A stretch of DNA of 63,764 nucleotides, counting the filler, from Welwitschia mirabilis (taxonomy: Eukaryota): the NCBI GenBank assembly GCA_051453625.1. It is 5 parts of one record of this genome, joined end to end, with 100 filler letters (N's around TTAATTAATTAA, not from the genome) between each part and the next. Parts side by side here need not be neighbours in the genome. Positions count along the whole stretch, not along the records: positions 1 to 19,056 come from JBOZIK010000001.1; positions 19,157 to 50,877 come from JBOZIK010000001.1; 3 more parts are not named here. The stretch is one strand, 5' to 3'. Both the position numbers and the translations under genes were made by a program. A model generated the notes under the pieces. It did not search any database and was not told the DNA's origin. It saw nothing but the letters and a program-made list of their open reading frames with translations. Shown here piece after piece: positions 13,081 through 26,600 of the stretch (the stretch's first letter is position 1; each line of letters begins with the position of its first letter).

Positions 13081-15240
13081 NTAAACATAAGAAACATAAA
13101 GAAGATAGCTTACCTACCCTAAATTCTAACCTAGCAAACCCCTTTCAAAGACATCATAAAGTTAGTTAAGTAAAAATGCATAATGAAACATATTAATTAT
13201 ATAACATTTCATCCAATAAGATAGTGATTATAATAACATTAAAGATCAAATACTTAGAATAGTGAATAATAAGATCAAAAGCTATTGAAAAATGAACTCA
13301 CCTACTGACACCCCAAAACACGCTTAAATCCTTGAAAGTGCAATAATCATATGTGAATATTAAGAGTTTGGAAAATATGAAAATATCTCTGATGGNNNNN
13401 NNNNNNNNNNNNNNNNNNNNNNNNNNNNNNNNNNNNNNNNNNNNNNNNNNNNNNNNNNNNNNNNNNNNNNNNNNNNNNNNNNNNNNNNNNNNNNNGAATA
13501 TTAAGAGTTTGGAAAATATGAAAATATCTCTGATGGCACCAAAAACACCAATAATCCTATAACCTTAAATTTTTATTACTACTTTCCATGATAAGAGGAG
13601 TGTAACCACAATTAGAGAAGTAAGAACACATAAAGCATGATCAATTAACTTACCAATGAAATTTCCATAGCTACCAATACTACCAAATGTTCCTTTTAAA
13701 TAAATTTACCTCAGTGCTTTAGGACATCATGATGATCATGTATTTTAACAAAGATATAATAGATTATAATCTTTTTTTTTATGACACAAATAATTCCCAC
13801 ATGATCACAAACTCAAAAAGANNNNNNNNNNNNNNNNNNNNNNNNNNNNNNNNNNNNNNNNNNNNNNNNNNNNNNNNNNNNNNNNNNNNNNNNNNNNNNN
13901 NNNNNNNNNNNNNNNNNNNNNCACCAAAAACACCACTAATCCTATAGCCTCAAAGTTTTATTACTACTTTCCATGATAAGAGGAGTATAACCACAATTAG
14001 AGAAGTAAGGACGCATAAAGCATGATCAATTAACTTACCAATGAAATTTCCATAGTTACCAACACTGCCAAATGTTCCTTTTAAATAAATTTACCTTAGT
14101 GCTTTAGGACATCATGGTGATCATGTATTTTAACAAAGATATAATAGATCATAGTATTTTTTTTTTGACACAAATAATTCCCACATGATTACACACTCAA
14201 AAAGATAAAGGTGAATAAGTAAGATGAAAGGAAAAAAAGAATGCACTTAAATAACCAAAGACCTCACACCATAAAAAAAGAATTATAACTAAGTCATCTT
14301 CTTTTAAAATAAAGTTCATAGATATGTAAATGTTTTAAGATTAGGTAAATCTAATCTTATTAGTATAAAAGTTCCCAAAAACGAATACTAATCATTAAAA
14401 CTCCATAAAGCAAATAAATAAGTTAAGTTTGAAAGATGATTAAGTAACATCATAACTTCCATTAAAGAAATAATATAAGAGATAATTCAAATAATGATAG
14501 NNNNNNNNNNNNNNNNNNNNNNNNNNNNNNNNNNNNNNNNNNNNNNNNNNNNNNNNNNNNNNNNNNNNNNNNNNNNNNNNNNNNNNNNNNNNNNNNNNNN
14601 TCATGTATTTTAACAAAGATATAATAGATCATAATCTTTTTTTTATGACACAAATAATTCCCACATGATCACACACTCAAAAACATCAAGGTAAATAAGT
14701 AAGATCAAAGAAAAAAGAATGCACTTAAATAACCAAAGATCTCCCACCATAAAAAAAGAATTAGAACTAAGGCATCTTCTTTCAAAATAAAGTTCATAGA
14801 CATGTAAATGTTTTAAGATTGGGTAAATCTAATCTTATCAGTATAAAAGTTCCCAAAAATGAATACTAATCATGGAAACTCCATAAAGCAAATAAATAAG
14901 TTAAGTTTGAAAGATGATTAAGTAACATCATAACATCCATTAAAGAAATAATATAAGAGATAATTCACATAACGAGTGGGTGGACGATCTTTCTATCAAG
15001 AGGAACCTCCAAAACAATTTCTTTTATGANNNNNNNNNNNNNNNNNNNNNNNNNNNNNNNNNNNNNNNNNNNNNNNNNNNNNNNNNNNNNNNNNNNNNNN
15101 NNNNNNNNNNNNNNNNNNNNNNNNNNNNNAACATCATAACATCCATTAAAGAAATAATGTAAGAGATAATTCACATAACGATAGGGTGGAAGATCTTTCT
15201 ATCAAGAGGAACCTCCAAAACAATTTCTTTTATGATATTC
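13081..15240 (-). mobile_element. Athila-like non-coding internal region (overlapping copies around four gaps)
   Basis: Homologous by eye to 23940-25200 (e.g. atcc(t/c)atagcctcaaagttt; ttagagaagtaagga; aatc(t/c)aatcttatca). Confidence 0.6.
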
Positions 15241-15505
15241 AAGATTGCATCAAAAGATTTTTTATATATTTTCAACCTTTGTTCATTAAATTTTTGAATC
15301 TCCTTAGTTTCAAGTTAAAATCTCAATAGAGGTATTAGAATTTACTTTTTGAATCTCCTTAGTGTCAAGTAGTACAACAAACCCAAAGAAAAATATTAAG
15401 CTTAGAAGTCCAAGATTTATTATTAATAGAGATAAGTTTTCATAGCATTTTATTTATTTTTCTATTTGCATATTCAACTTAATCATTGGTTTATGNNNNN
15501 NNNNN

Positions 15506-16340
15506 AGTTTCTTAAGAAGGTGATTAATAAAATAAGTTTCTTAATCACTAACAATAATCATAAGAAAAAAAACATTGGAAAATATAAATTTTAAGAAAAG
15601 TAAAAATATTTTGGGGATCATTTATAGAAGTAAGAATATCTTTAATTCATTTAGTAGCATAATCAACAACCATTAAGATGCAGTTATTATCATTAGAACA
15701 TGGTTTAATAGGAATTATAAAATCAATTCTCCAATGATTAAAGGTTCACATTCAAGAATAGGTTTAAGGAGAATTTTTTAAAAATGGACATTCCTACTAT
15801 AGCATTGACAAATATCACACCTTCTAGAAAAATTAAAAAAGTCCTAAAAATAACTAGGCTAATAAAAACCAAAGTAAATGATTTTCATAACTGTTTTTTG
15901 TTCACTAAAATGACATTCATAAACATCACCATGACAAAGATGAAGGATGTCTGACTTTTCTCGTTTGGACACACATTTTCTCATGATTTGATATTTATAA
16001 CTATGGTAAAGATGTGTCTCTATCAATTCATAATTACCTATTCTATAGAAAAAGAACTTTCTTTAATTATGAGTCTAATGTTGTGATGTCTTTATAGTAA
16101 TAAAATTATTAAATATATCAACATACTAAGGAGGAGGATGCGTAGAAGATATAAAAAAATTTATTCATCTAGAAAAGAATCATTAATCATAAAGTTATCA
16201 AGAGAAGAAACAAGATGTGATAAATGATTTACTATACTATTATGCTTCTTTGCTTTATTAATGATGGTCAAATTAAATTCTTGCATAACGAGGATCTATC
16301 TAATGAGTATAATAATCAAATATTTCTTATATTAGAATTT
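15506..16340 (-). pseudogene. Athila-like pol fragment (end of RNase H to integrase core)
   Basis: Minus strand: LIR*ILVMQEFNLTII..VNHLS; PP*YVDI; ILHLCHG..CHFSEQKTVMKI..GFY*P; RRCDICQ; LKPILECE..WRIDF; ILMVVDYATK*I..ND. Confidence 0.9.
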
Positions 16341-16344
16341 TATA

Positions 16345-18345
16345 TTATCAATTGATGTCAAACTAATATGATCTTTGTAGAATGAAATGTGATTTTATAG
16401 ATGGAAGATACTAAATGATCCATATCCAAAAAATAGCTAAGATTTGGACATGTTCATATTAAAGTAACTTGATTTTCTGTTTAAGGACTTAATGGATAGG
16501 TCAAGTAAACTTAAAAGATACATTTTAAGCTAATTCATATGGGATCGACTAGATTTTTATGGTATCAACAAGACTTGAAAATGCATTTTTCAAGTTTCTC
16601 CATATGCACTATATCATATGGAGTCAACTAGATTCATGTGGAATCGACTAAATCTAAACAAAAGTGGTTGACTAGATTTTAGATGGGGGTTATTAGACCA
16701 CATAATATGAGTTACTTGGATTAACCAAATTAAAAGGAAGGAAACTAAATCAAGTGACCTAAGATACTTAGATTGACTAGATGTTTCAAGGGGTTAACTG
16801 GTTAGAGTGGAAGCAGAAATTTTCAAATGGTTTTCTAACTGTTATTTCATCAAATCTACTTATTTCAAATGTTATATTCCTTCCCAACTATCTAATAGCT
16901 ATATTTTGGAAAAACATATTTAAATAATTCATACTCAAAAACTCAAGAGCAGATAAAATGTATTTTACAAAAAAGGGATTGCACTCTTCATCTGAAGATC
17001 TTATCTTTGTAACCTCATTCTTCTCTCATTTAGCACTTATCTTTGTACTAAATATAAGTACTAAGATTACATTATTAGTTATTAAATTTGAGTGACTTAT
17101 AGCATAGAGGCTTAATTTCATCACTAATCCTTATACATTTTATTGAGATTGAGACTTAGCCTACAAAAGTCCATTTTTATGAAGGTTAAGACTTAGCCTA
17201 CAAAAGTTCATCTTATGAAGGTTGAGACTTAGCTTATAAAAGTATACTTTGTGAAGGTTAAAGGTTAAAGACCTAGTGGATAGTGAAGTAATAGAGATTT
17301 AAAATAGTCTTAATTATTAGCTATCTTCTGAGAGTGGAGTAGGGTTCATCCTAAACCACTATAGATCTTATATTGTGCATTCCTTTGGTTCTACTTTGGA
17401 GTTTATTTTATTATATGATTTTATGTCATANNNNNNNNNNNNNNNNNNNNNNNNNNNNNNNNNNNNNNNNNNNNNNNNNNNNNNNNNNNNNNNNNNNNNN
17501 NNNNNNNNNNNNNNNNNNNNNNNNNNNNNNGAAATATGAGTGACTTGGGTTAACTGAATGAAAAGGAAGGAAACTAACTCAAGTAACATAAGACACTTAG
17601 ATTGACTAGATGTTTCAAGGGGTTAATTGGTTAGAGTGGAAGCAAAAATTTTCAAATGGTTTTCTAACTATTATTTCATCAAATCTACTTATTTCAAATG
17701 TTAGATTCCTTTCCAACAATCTAACAGCTATATTTTGGGAAAACCTATTTAAATAATTCATACTCAAAAACTTAAGAGCAGATAAAATGTATTTTAAAAA
17801 AAATGGATTGCACTCTTCATCTGAAGATCTTATCTTTGTAACCTCATTTTTCTCTCATTTAGCACTTACCTTTGTACTAAATCTAAGTACTAAGATTCCA
17901 TTATTAGTTCTTAAATTTGAGTGACTTAGAGCATAGAGGCTTAATTTCATTACTAATCCTTATACATTTTATTGAGGTTGAGACTTAGCCTATAAAAGTC
18001 CATTTTTATAAAGGTTAAGACTTAGCCTACAAAAGTTCGTCTTATGAAGGTTGAGACTTAGCTTGTAAAAGTATACTTTGTGAAGGTTGAAGGTTAGCCT
18101 TAAGGACCTAGTGGATAGTGAAGTAACAGAGATCTAAAATAGTCTCAATTATTAGCTATCTTCTGAGAGTAAAGTAGGGTTTATCCTAAACCACTATAGA
18201 TCTTATATTATGCATTCCTTTGGTTCTACTTTGGAGTTTATTTTATTATATGATTTTATGTCATAATTTATTTATTAGGTAGTAATAATTGTTTAAATTT
18301 TTTAGAAGTCCTATTCACCTCCTATCTAAGATTCTCAATTCTACA
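16345..18345 (+). repeat. 5' LTR of SIRE-like Ty1/copia element (includes a ~0.7-kb assembly duplicate)
   Basis: Ends ctattcacctcctatct...ctaca, followed by PBS and gag; contains repeated GTCGAC-like motifs and a 36-bp tandem repeat. Left edge is approximate. Confidence 0.7.
17145..17259. repeat. 3 x 36-bp tandem repeat in LTR (second assembled copy at 17974-18088)
   Basis: gaaggtt(g/a)agacttagc(c/t)ta(c/t)aaaagt... repeated head to tail. Confidence 0.9.
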
Positions 18346-18359
18346 TTTGATATTAGAGC
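18346..18359 (+). promoter_or_regulatory. Decayed tRNA-iMet primer-binding site
   Basis: tttgatattagagc versus consensus tggtatcagagc, directly after ...ca. Confidence 0.7.
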
Positions 18360-18415
18360 TCCAGGTTGAATTAATATTAAGATTTTAACCAATCTTTGAC
18401 TCAATAACCTTACCC

Positions 18416-19056
18416 ATGAGTTTTATTATAGAAGGTCTTTTTGTTTCTATGACTCCACTATTTGATGGAGTAAAATATGAATATTAGAAGGCTATAATGA
18501 AACATTCTTAAGATTTCTTAATATAGATCATGAAGATATAGTGATCACAGGTTATAACCACCCTATCACAACTCAAAAGGATGTCAATGGAAATTCTATA
18601 GTAGTGTTGAAAGGAAAAGATAAATGAACGAAATTAGATAAAGATAATGCTACTATTGATGCCCATACTTTGAATGCAAGTTTTTGTACCATGACTATAA
18701 ATGAATTCAAGAGAATAGTGAACTACCAGAATACTAAAGAATCATGGGATATTCTTACTATTACTCATGAAGGAACATCCACTATCAAGTAAGTAAAGAT
18801 GTAAATGTTGATTATAAAATTTAAAAAGATTAAGATGGATGAGGAAGATACTTTTAAAATTTTTTTTACTAACCTAATAGACATTGTAAACTTCATGTAA
18901 ACTTGAATAAAAGATGGAGGAAGCCAGATAGTAAGGAGGATCTTAAGATTCCTTCCTAAGAGATTTGAACCAAAGGTGACTATGATCAAAGAAAGTAAAG
19001 ATCTTAGTAATATGCCACTAGATGAAATACAAGATAATATTCAAACTTATGATTAA
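18416..19056 (+). pseudogene. Ty1/copia (SIRE-like) gag remnant
   Basis: MSFIIEG...TPLFDGVKYEY*KAIM; EFKRI...TKESWDILTITHEGTSTIK; FEPKVTMIKESKDL. Cut by the scaffold spacer. Confidence 0.9.
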
Positions 19057-19156
19057 NNNNNNNNNNNNNNNNNNNNNNNNNNNNNNNNNNNNNNNNNNNN
19101 TTAATTAATTAANNNNNNNNNNNNNNNNNNNNNNNNNNNNNNNNNNNNNNNNNNNN
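19057..19156. other. Artificial scaffold spacer N44-TTAATTAATTAA-N44
   Basis: Exactly 100 bp; identical at four places; stops in all six frames. Confidence 0.97.
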
Positions 19157-22100
19157 TTTAGTAAAATCAATTAGAAGAAAAGAGAATAAAAAGATAATAC
19201 CTTGATAGCACAATTTTTAGAATTCAGATAAGACATAAAAGAATGATAATTATCATTGAAAAATTATCTCTTATGAGAATTTTTAGTATCTTGGGCATCA
19301 TTATAAAACATATGTAAAAAGAGACTCAAAAAAAGTTTTCAATCTTATTTAAAAGGATATCTAAAATATTTCCTATTATTTGATTTAAGATATGGATTTT
19401 TAGGAAGATAAGGATTTTTTAAATGAGCACATAAAATTTTGTTTTTACTAGAATTAATAGCAAGATAAGAGACAAGAAATTTATATAACTCATGGAAAAA
19501 CAAGTCTTTATAAAACTCATAAGATAAAAGATTTGAAATTTAAATTACATTCAAAGCTTGATTTTAAACATGAGAGGCTTTATTTAAAAGCTATGGATTT
19601 GAGAGAAACTTCTTAGGGTAAGTAATTAAGATGGGTTTAATATACCTAATAAGATTTTTAACATTTAATTTCAAGCAAGGATTGGGATTAATAAAATATA
19701 GTTTTCCCCAATTAATAATTCCAAGATATCCCAAATTTTATTTTATGAAAAATGATCAATGGAAGTACATGGTAGATTTGATTTTGAAAATGAGGAAAAT
19801 ATGTTACTTTTTACACATGAAGTTATCAAAGGGAGAGGTTGGAAGATTTTAAAACTCAAGTCCTCTAGAAAATGTGGTTCATTATTTTCAAGGATAAGAA
19901 TGTAATTTGGAGAGGTACTTGTTTGTATACTTTCTTCATTGATTATATCTCTCTCTTCTTTATGATTGGTAATTTATTGCTTTTTATTTTGTTGAGGATT
20001 ATTGTTATTTTTTAAGTTGGTGGATTTCTCAAAACGATCAATATAAATATTGTACAAAGGAAAGTTTTCATTATTTGATGAAAGATGTTATAATGTTTCT
20101 TGTCTTGATTCCTTTTTTTCTCTAAATAACTCCATTAATTCTAAACTATAATACTCATATGAGTTAAGATGATCATTTTCCATTGTCTCAATGCTAATCT
20201 CCATTAATTTTAAAACTTGGATCTCATATATTGGTAAAACTCCTTCATCCTTATAAAACATGTAAATTTTTAAAATATGATCTAAGATTTCAATATCATC
20301 ATCATCATCTTCTTCTTTACTATTATCATCATCTTGTTACATGTTGTTGCTTTCAGTAGAAGAGGAAATGTGATCATAATTTCTACCATAAATTTTCTCA
20401 TAAATGTAATATTCATTTAATAAATGATTTTTAAATACTTTAACATCATCATTTAAATAGCCATCCTCATCTTTATTATTGAAAGATATAGTTAAATTAT
20501 TATTGTCTTCCCTTTGTTCATCCCCTAAGGAATGGAATGATGAAATTTGATCTAAAATTTTATTTTTGACTTGAAAACAAGAATTATAATCATTCATTAC
20601 TAAGTTACTTTCCATAAGGTAAGATGAATTAGAATAGTTTTCAAGATTTCGCATTTAAATAAAAGCAACCAATGTTTCTGTGGATTTATTGATATTTTCA
20701 TGGTGCTTTTTTATTATGTCCCTCAATTCTCCTATTGGATCATGTTTTCCTTCATAGTAGTTTATGGGAGATGGATGGGATGGATAAAAATAATAANNNN
20801 NNNNNNNNNNNNNNNNNNNNNNNNNNNNNNNNNNNNNNNNNNNNNNNNNNNNNNNNNNNNNNNNNNNNNNNNNNNNNNNNNNNNNNNNNNNNNNNNATCC
20901 CCTAAGGAATGGAATGATGAAATTTGATCTAAAATTTTATTTTTGACTTGGAAACAAGAATTATAATAATTCATTCCTAAGTTAGTTTCCATAAGATAAG
21001 ATGAATTAGAATAGTTTTCAGGATTTTGCATTTAAATAAAAGCAACCAAAGTTTCTGTGAGTTTATTGATATTTTCATGATGCTTTTTTATTATGTCCCA
21101 CAATTCTCCTATTGGATTATGTTTCCTTCATAGTAGTTTATTGGAGATGGATGGGATGAATAAAAATAAATATATGAGGTTGAATCCCTAAGATTTTCTT
21201 TATTACTTATATATGAATTTTGAAAATAAAAGGGGGGGAATAACAAGGTAGTTAAAAAGAGGGATGGACCGTTTTCCTACTCAGAACAATTTTTTTTTGA
21301 TGGTCTCCATTTTTCTGCAAAAATCTCTCTAAGTGTTTTCTTACCATCCTCTTTGAATTCTTTTCTCCTTTTGTTAGTAAGAACTTTTCCAACTATTTTA
21401 TTATTATTATTCTCAGGTTTGTTTTTATACTTTCCAAGATTTTTTATATGGGTAATTCTATCACTATTCATTTTTAAGAAGAATGAGAGGAAGAGAATCT
21501 TTAGTTTAAGATGAAGGTAGATGCTTAAAGATGATTGAGTTTTTAAAAATAAAATGAGCTTGGAAAAATAATATATGCACCTAGAGTTTGTGTTCCTATT
21601 CTTCTTAAATACTTTCTTTTGTTAGTATCCCTTTTTTCTCTAATAAGTCTTTTTTTGGACTAATCACATCATAATTCTTGTAAATAGAAAACAACAGAAA
21701 ATAAATAAAAAATAACATTATTTTCCTATCTATCATGGAAATGATAGAGGAGATAACACTCACAAAAACTCCAAAAATAGAAATAGAAATAGAAATTGAA
21801 ATAAAAGANNNNNNNNNNNNNNNNNNNNNNNNNNNNNNNNNNNNNNNNNNNNNNNNNNNNNNNNNNNNNNNNNNNNNNNNNNNNNNNNNNNNNNNNNNNN
21901 NNNNNNNNTGTTAGTAGCCCTTTTTTCTCTAATAAGTCTTTTTTTGGACTAATCACATCATAATTCTTGCAAATAGAAAATAATAGAAAACAAATAAAAA
22001 ATAACATTATTTTCCTATCTATCATGGAAATGATAGAGGATATAACACTCACAAAAACTCCAAAAATAGAAATAGAAATAGAAATTAAAATAAAAGATAG

Positions 22101-23417
22101 AAAACACAGAAAAACAGACTGTCAGCCAACTAGTCATCCAGACATTACAGGAGATGATAGAGAACTATTTTATTTTAGAAAAACTAAAAATCCAAAAATA
22201 AAACAAAAACTAAAAAATTACACATAGAAAACCTATAGTTCCTAATAAATACAATGATGCATAGATAAATAATTAAATAGAAGTCTGATATACTCACCTG
22301 AATGATAACACTCCTTGTACTCCTTAATAGCCTTCACTAGCAATGGCGCTGATTTGTTGTGGTGTGTATTTGTATAAGCTTTTACATTTAAAGAGATCCT
22401 GTCATTTATAACCAAAATAGATATCTTACATAATACATCACACTAGTATGGATGAAAGTAGATCCAAAATATCATATCTCATTGANNNNNNNNNNNNNNN
22501 NNNNNNNNNNNTTTATAAATAAAACTAGGAACCAAAAATAGATAATAATGCAAAAAATAAAACTATAATGGAAAATGAAATATGCAATCTAAACTAACAT
22601 GCAATGCAAAAATAACCCTAACTCTACTTGCTTTAGCTTTAACAAAGTCTTTCCTTGATGATCTATGTCATGAAAGAAATTATTACCAGATCAAGGACAA
22701 TCATAAACTGTAAGTGTAATCAGAAAACTTAAGATGCAAACATGAAAAAAAAAACCAAGTTTTATATTAAAAGAGTAATAACATATAGGTTATAAAATGG
22801 CTTAGTCTCATTGGAGGATATATAGCTCTCCACCAAGTGCATGTCTTTCTGTAACATGCATAGATGGATCTCCCATCCTTTGATCTCATATCATAAGGAT
22901 TTATGGTTTAATAAAGATGAGAAGAAGAGTTGAAAGAAGGTTTATTTATAATAACATATAGTAGAAAAATACAAATGATAGGTATAGTTAGATGCACTTA
23001 TAAATTACTTAGAAATAAATAAAATGGTTATGGATCATTATCAAAGTTAGTTATATGTCATTGTCATCTAGACTTTCATCTAAATAAAATGAGGGATGAT
23101 AATACATTATAAAATATTCTCAAAATAATGACTTAACAATTCACATCAGTAGTTGCTACCTATCATGGAAACAATAGAGGGGACAATGGTCTTTTTTAAT
23201 CATTTTATTTAAGATAACTTTAGCATTTTTATCAGTAATCCTTCTTTAAAGATCTACGCATCAAAAAGTTCCTTTAATACATCAAATTTGACTAAGAATC
23301 ACAAATTTATGAGATTTCCTCTTATATCTCTAAAATACTTGGAATTACACCTAAACATATATAAAAGTCTTCCAAAACAACTTATAAAACCCTATCAAAT
23401 AACCTTAAATTAGCATT
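19157..23417 (-). mobile_element. Athila-like pol-less element, unit 1 (LTR 22355-23417, PBS 22335-22354, internal region to the spacer)
   Basis: Minus strand ...cacaccacaaca|aatcagcgccattgctagtga equals an LTR end plus decayed Asp-type PBS (tggcgccgttgccgggga). Collinear with 25760-29643. Confidence 0.75.
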
Positions 23418-23640
23418 NNNNNNNNNNNNNNNNNNNNNNNNNNNNNNNNNNNNNNNNNNNNNNNNNNNNNNNNNNNNNNNNNNNNNNNNNNNNNNNNNNN
23501 NNNNNNNNNNNNNNNNNNNNNNNNNNNNNNNNNNNNNNNNNNNNNNNNNNNNNNNNNNNNNNNNNNNNNNNNNNNNNNNNNNNNNNNNNNNNNNNNNNNN
23601 NNNNNNNNNNNNNNNNNNNNNNNNNNNNNNNNNNNNNNNN

Positions 23641-26600
23641 AAGAATGGTATGAATAAGGACAATTTTCTAATGAAGTGCAAAGCTAAGTAATGCCAGATT
23701 TAAAAAATATAGATCTATGAAATATTCTGACAAGTAAGGAAAAAGAGTGGAAAAAATGTTTTATCACAAAAAATAATATAAGAACCACTTAAAAAATCTA
23801 AAAAAACACCTATGTAAATAAGAAATTATCTTTTATTGCAAACTTAAACAAAGAAAACATGCTAAAAAAATATGGTAATGGCTTTGAAATAACTAACCAA
23901 ACCACAAAAGGAAACTAAAAGAATAGGCATAAGATAATATAAACAAAAGATAGCTCAGTAATATGATATTTTAACTTAGCAGACTCTCATGAAAGAAAGA
24001 ATAACATTACTTAATGTAAAAAATGCATGACTTAATGTACAAAAATTCCATTTGATAAGGTATTGATTATGACAATGCTAGAGAAAATGTATTAAACAAT
24101 GAATGATTAGATCAAATCATTGCTAAAAAATGAAATTTCCTACTATCATCTCAAAACAAACATCTAAATCTNNNNNNNNNNNNNNNNNNNNNNNNNNNNN
24201 NNNNNNNNNNNNNNNNNNNNNNNNNNNNNNNNNNNNNNNNNNNNNNNNNNNNNNNNNNNNNNNNNNNNNNNCAAAATATAGATCAGTAATATGATATTTT
24301 AACTTAGCAAACTCTCATGAAAGAAAGCATAACAACACTTGATGTAAAAAATGCATGACTTAATGTACAAAAATTCCATTTGATAAGGTATTGATTATGA
24401 CAATGCTAGAAAAAATGTATTAAACAATGAATTATTAGATCAAATCATTACTAAAAAATGAACTTTCCTACTATCATCTCAAAATAAACATCAAAATCTC
24501 AAGAAATGAAATGATCATGTGGAAAGACAAAGAGTTTAAAAAAGAAGCAATGCCTTTGATAATACCAGGAATACCACTGATCCCATAGCCTCAAAGTTTA
24601 AATATAATTTTATTATCCATAATGAGTAGAGTGCAACCATAGTTAGAGAAGTAAGGATCTATGAAGGATGGCTAACTGACCTTCCAGTGAAGTTTACACA
24701 GCTACCATATTACACTACTAAAGGCTACTCTCGAAAATATTTGTCTTAGTGTACTTATGGTAAGACATAATGATGCTCATGTTTTTGAGATAGTAAAATA
24801 TAAAACATCATGGTATTTATTTCACTTCCTTTTTTTTTTAAAATAAAGATAAAATAACATTCCACATAACGAAANNNNNNNNNNNNNNNNNNNNNNNNNN
24901 NNNNNNNNNNNNNNNNNNNNNNNNNNNNNNNNNNNNNNNNNNNNNNNNNNNNNNNNNNNNNNNNNNNNNNNNNNNNNNNNNNNNNNNAAAATGAAGTTTA
25001 TAGATGTGTGAATGTCTTAAGATTGGATGAATCCAATCTTATCACTAAAATGACCAAGTCAAAAGACTAGTCATAGAAGTAAATACATAAGTCAAGTTTG
25101 AAAAATGATCAAGTAATCCATAATAATCTTTCAAAGGAAAAATATAAGAGAAAATTTAGATGATTTGCTTATGTATTTTTCATTTTTTGTTCATTTAATT
25201 CCTGCAATTATTAAGCAGTCAAGTTAAAAATCTCAACAGAGTCATAAAAATGTATTTTCTCAGAAAACAAAAATCAACATTTTATTGGCTTTCATCTTGC
25301 TCATCGTCTAAATGATAGAGAGGACGAAAGAGATAGACAAATAGAAAATTATTATAAAACACGAAAATTTATTAGAAAATAAAAAAACTCATGCAAAATA
25401 AACTATTGTCCACCTTATTGTGGGGATAACATGTGAGACAAAAGATTATTATTATAAAATAAAAACTAGAAAATAAAAATTATAAATAGAAATAAAAAAC
25501 TAAAAATAGAAAATAGAAACTTATAAAACAAAAAATGAAAATGAAAATAAAAAAATATCAATAAATCCAAAAACAAAGATTAAGAAAAGAAAAATTTATT
25601 TAAATCCTAAAATATAACTCACACTTTTATTGAAAAAGAAAGTAAAAGAGGAAAAGAAACTTAAAAGAGGAAAAGAAACTTAGTTTTAAGATTTTCAGAA
25701 AAAAGAGATCCAAATCAAATATTCATCAATTAATAAAACATGAAAGGTATGCAATCATTTTTTAGTAAAATCAATTAAGAGAAAAATAATAAAAAGATAA
25801 CACCTTGGTAATCTAATTTTCATAATTTAGATAAGAGACAAAAGAATGATAAGTATCACTGAAAAATAATCTCTTATGAAAATTTTCAGTATCTTGGACA
25901 TCATTATAAAGGGCATGTGGAAAGGAATTTAAAGAAAGTTTCTAATATGATTTTGAAGGATCTATAAAATGTTCCTTATTATTTGATTTAAGATATGGAT
26001 TTTTAGGAAGATAAGGCTTTTTCAAATGAGCACATAAAATTTTGTTTCCACCAAAATTAATAGAAAGATAAGAGATGAGAAGTTTATATAACTCATGGAA
26101 AACAATTCTTTATCAAACTCATGATATAAAATATTTGAAACATAAATTGNNNNNNNNNNTGCATTTAAAGCTTGATTTTGAACATAAGAGGCTTTATTTA
26201 AAATCCAAGGATTTGTGAGAAACTTCTTAGGTTAAGTGATTATAATGGATTTAACATACCTAAGAAGCTCTTTAACATTTAATTTCAAGAATGGATTGGG
26301 ATTAAGAAGGTATGGTTTTCCATAATTAATAATTCCAAGATATCCCAAATTTTATTTTGGAGAATAATGATCAATGGAAGTACATGATAGAGTTGATTTT
26401 GCAAATGATAAAAGGATATTACTTTTTGCACATGAAGTTATTAAAGGANNNNNNNNNNNNNNNNNNNNNNNNNNNNNNNNNNNNNNNNNNNNNNNNNNNN
26501 NNNNNNNNNNNNNNNNNNNNNTTAGAGAGGTACTTGTTTGAATAATTTCTTCATTGATTATATATCCCTCTTCTTTATGATTGATAGTTTATTACTTTTC

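Noticed and set aside
12234..13122. Long ORFs in the track (also 27297-27944, 30694-31179, 44374-45099)
   Set aside because: Made almost entirely of N-gap codons.
17145..17259. 36-bp repeats as a CRISPR array
   Set aside because: Head-to-tail with no unique spacers, inside an LTR of a eukaryotic sequence; no cas genes.
19101..19112. TTAATTAATTAA as a biological palindrome or TTAA target site
   Set aside because: Always centred in an exact 44N+12+44N block; synthetic.
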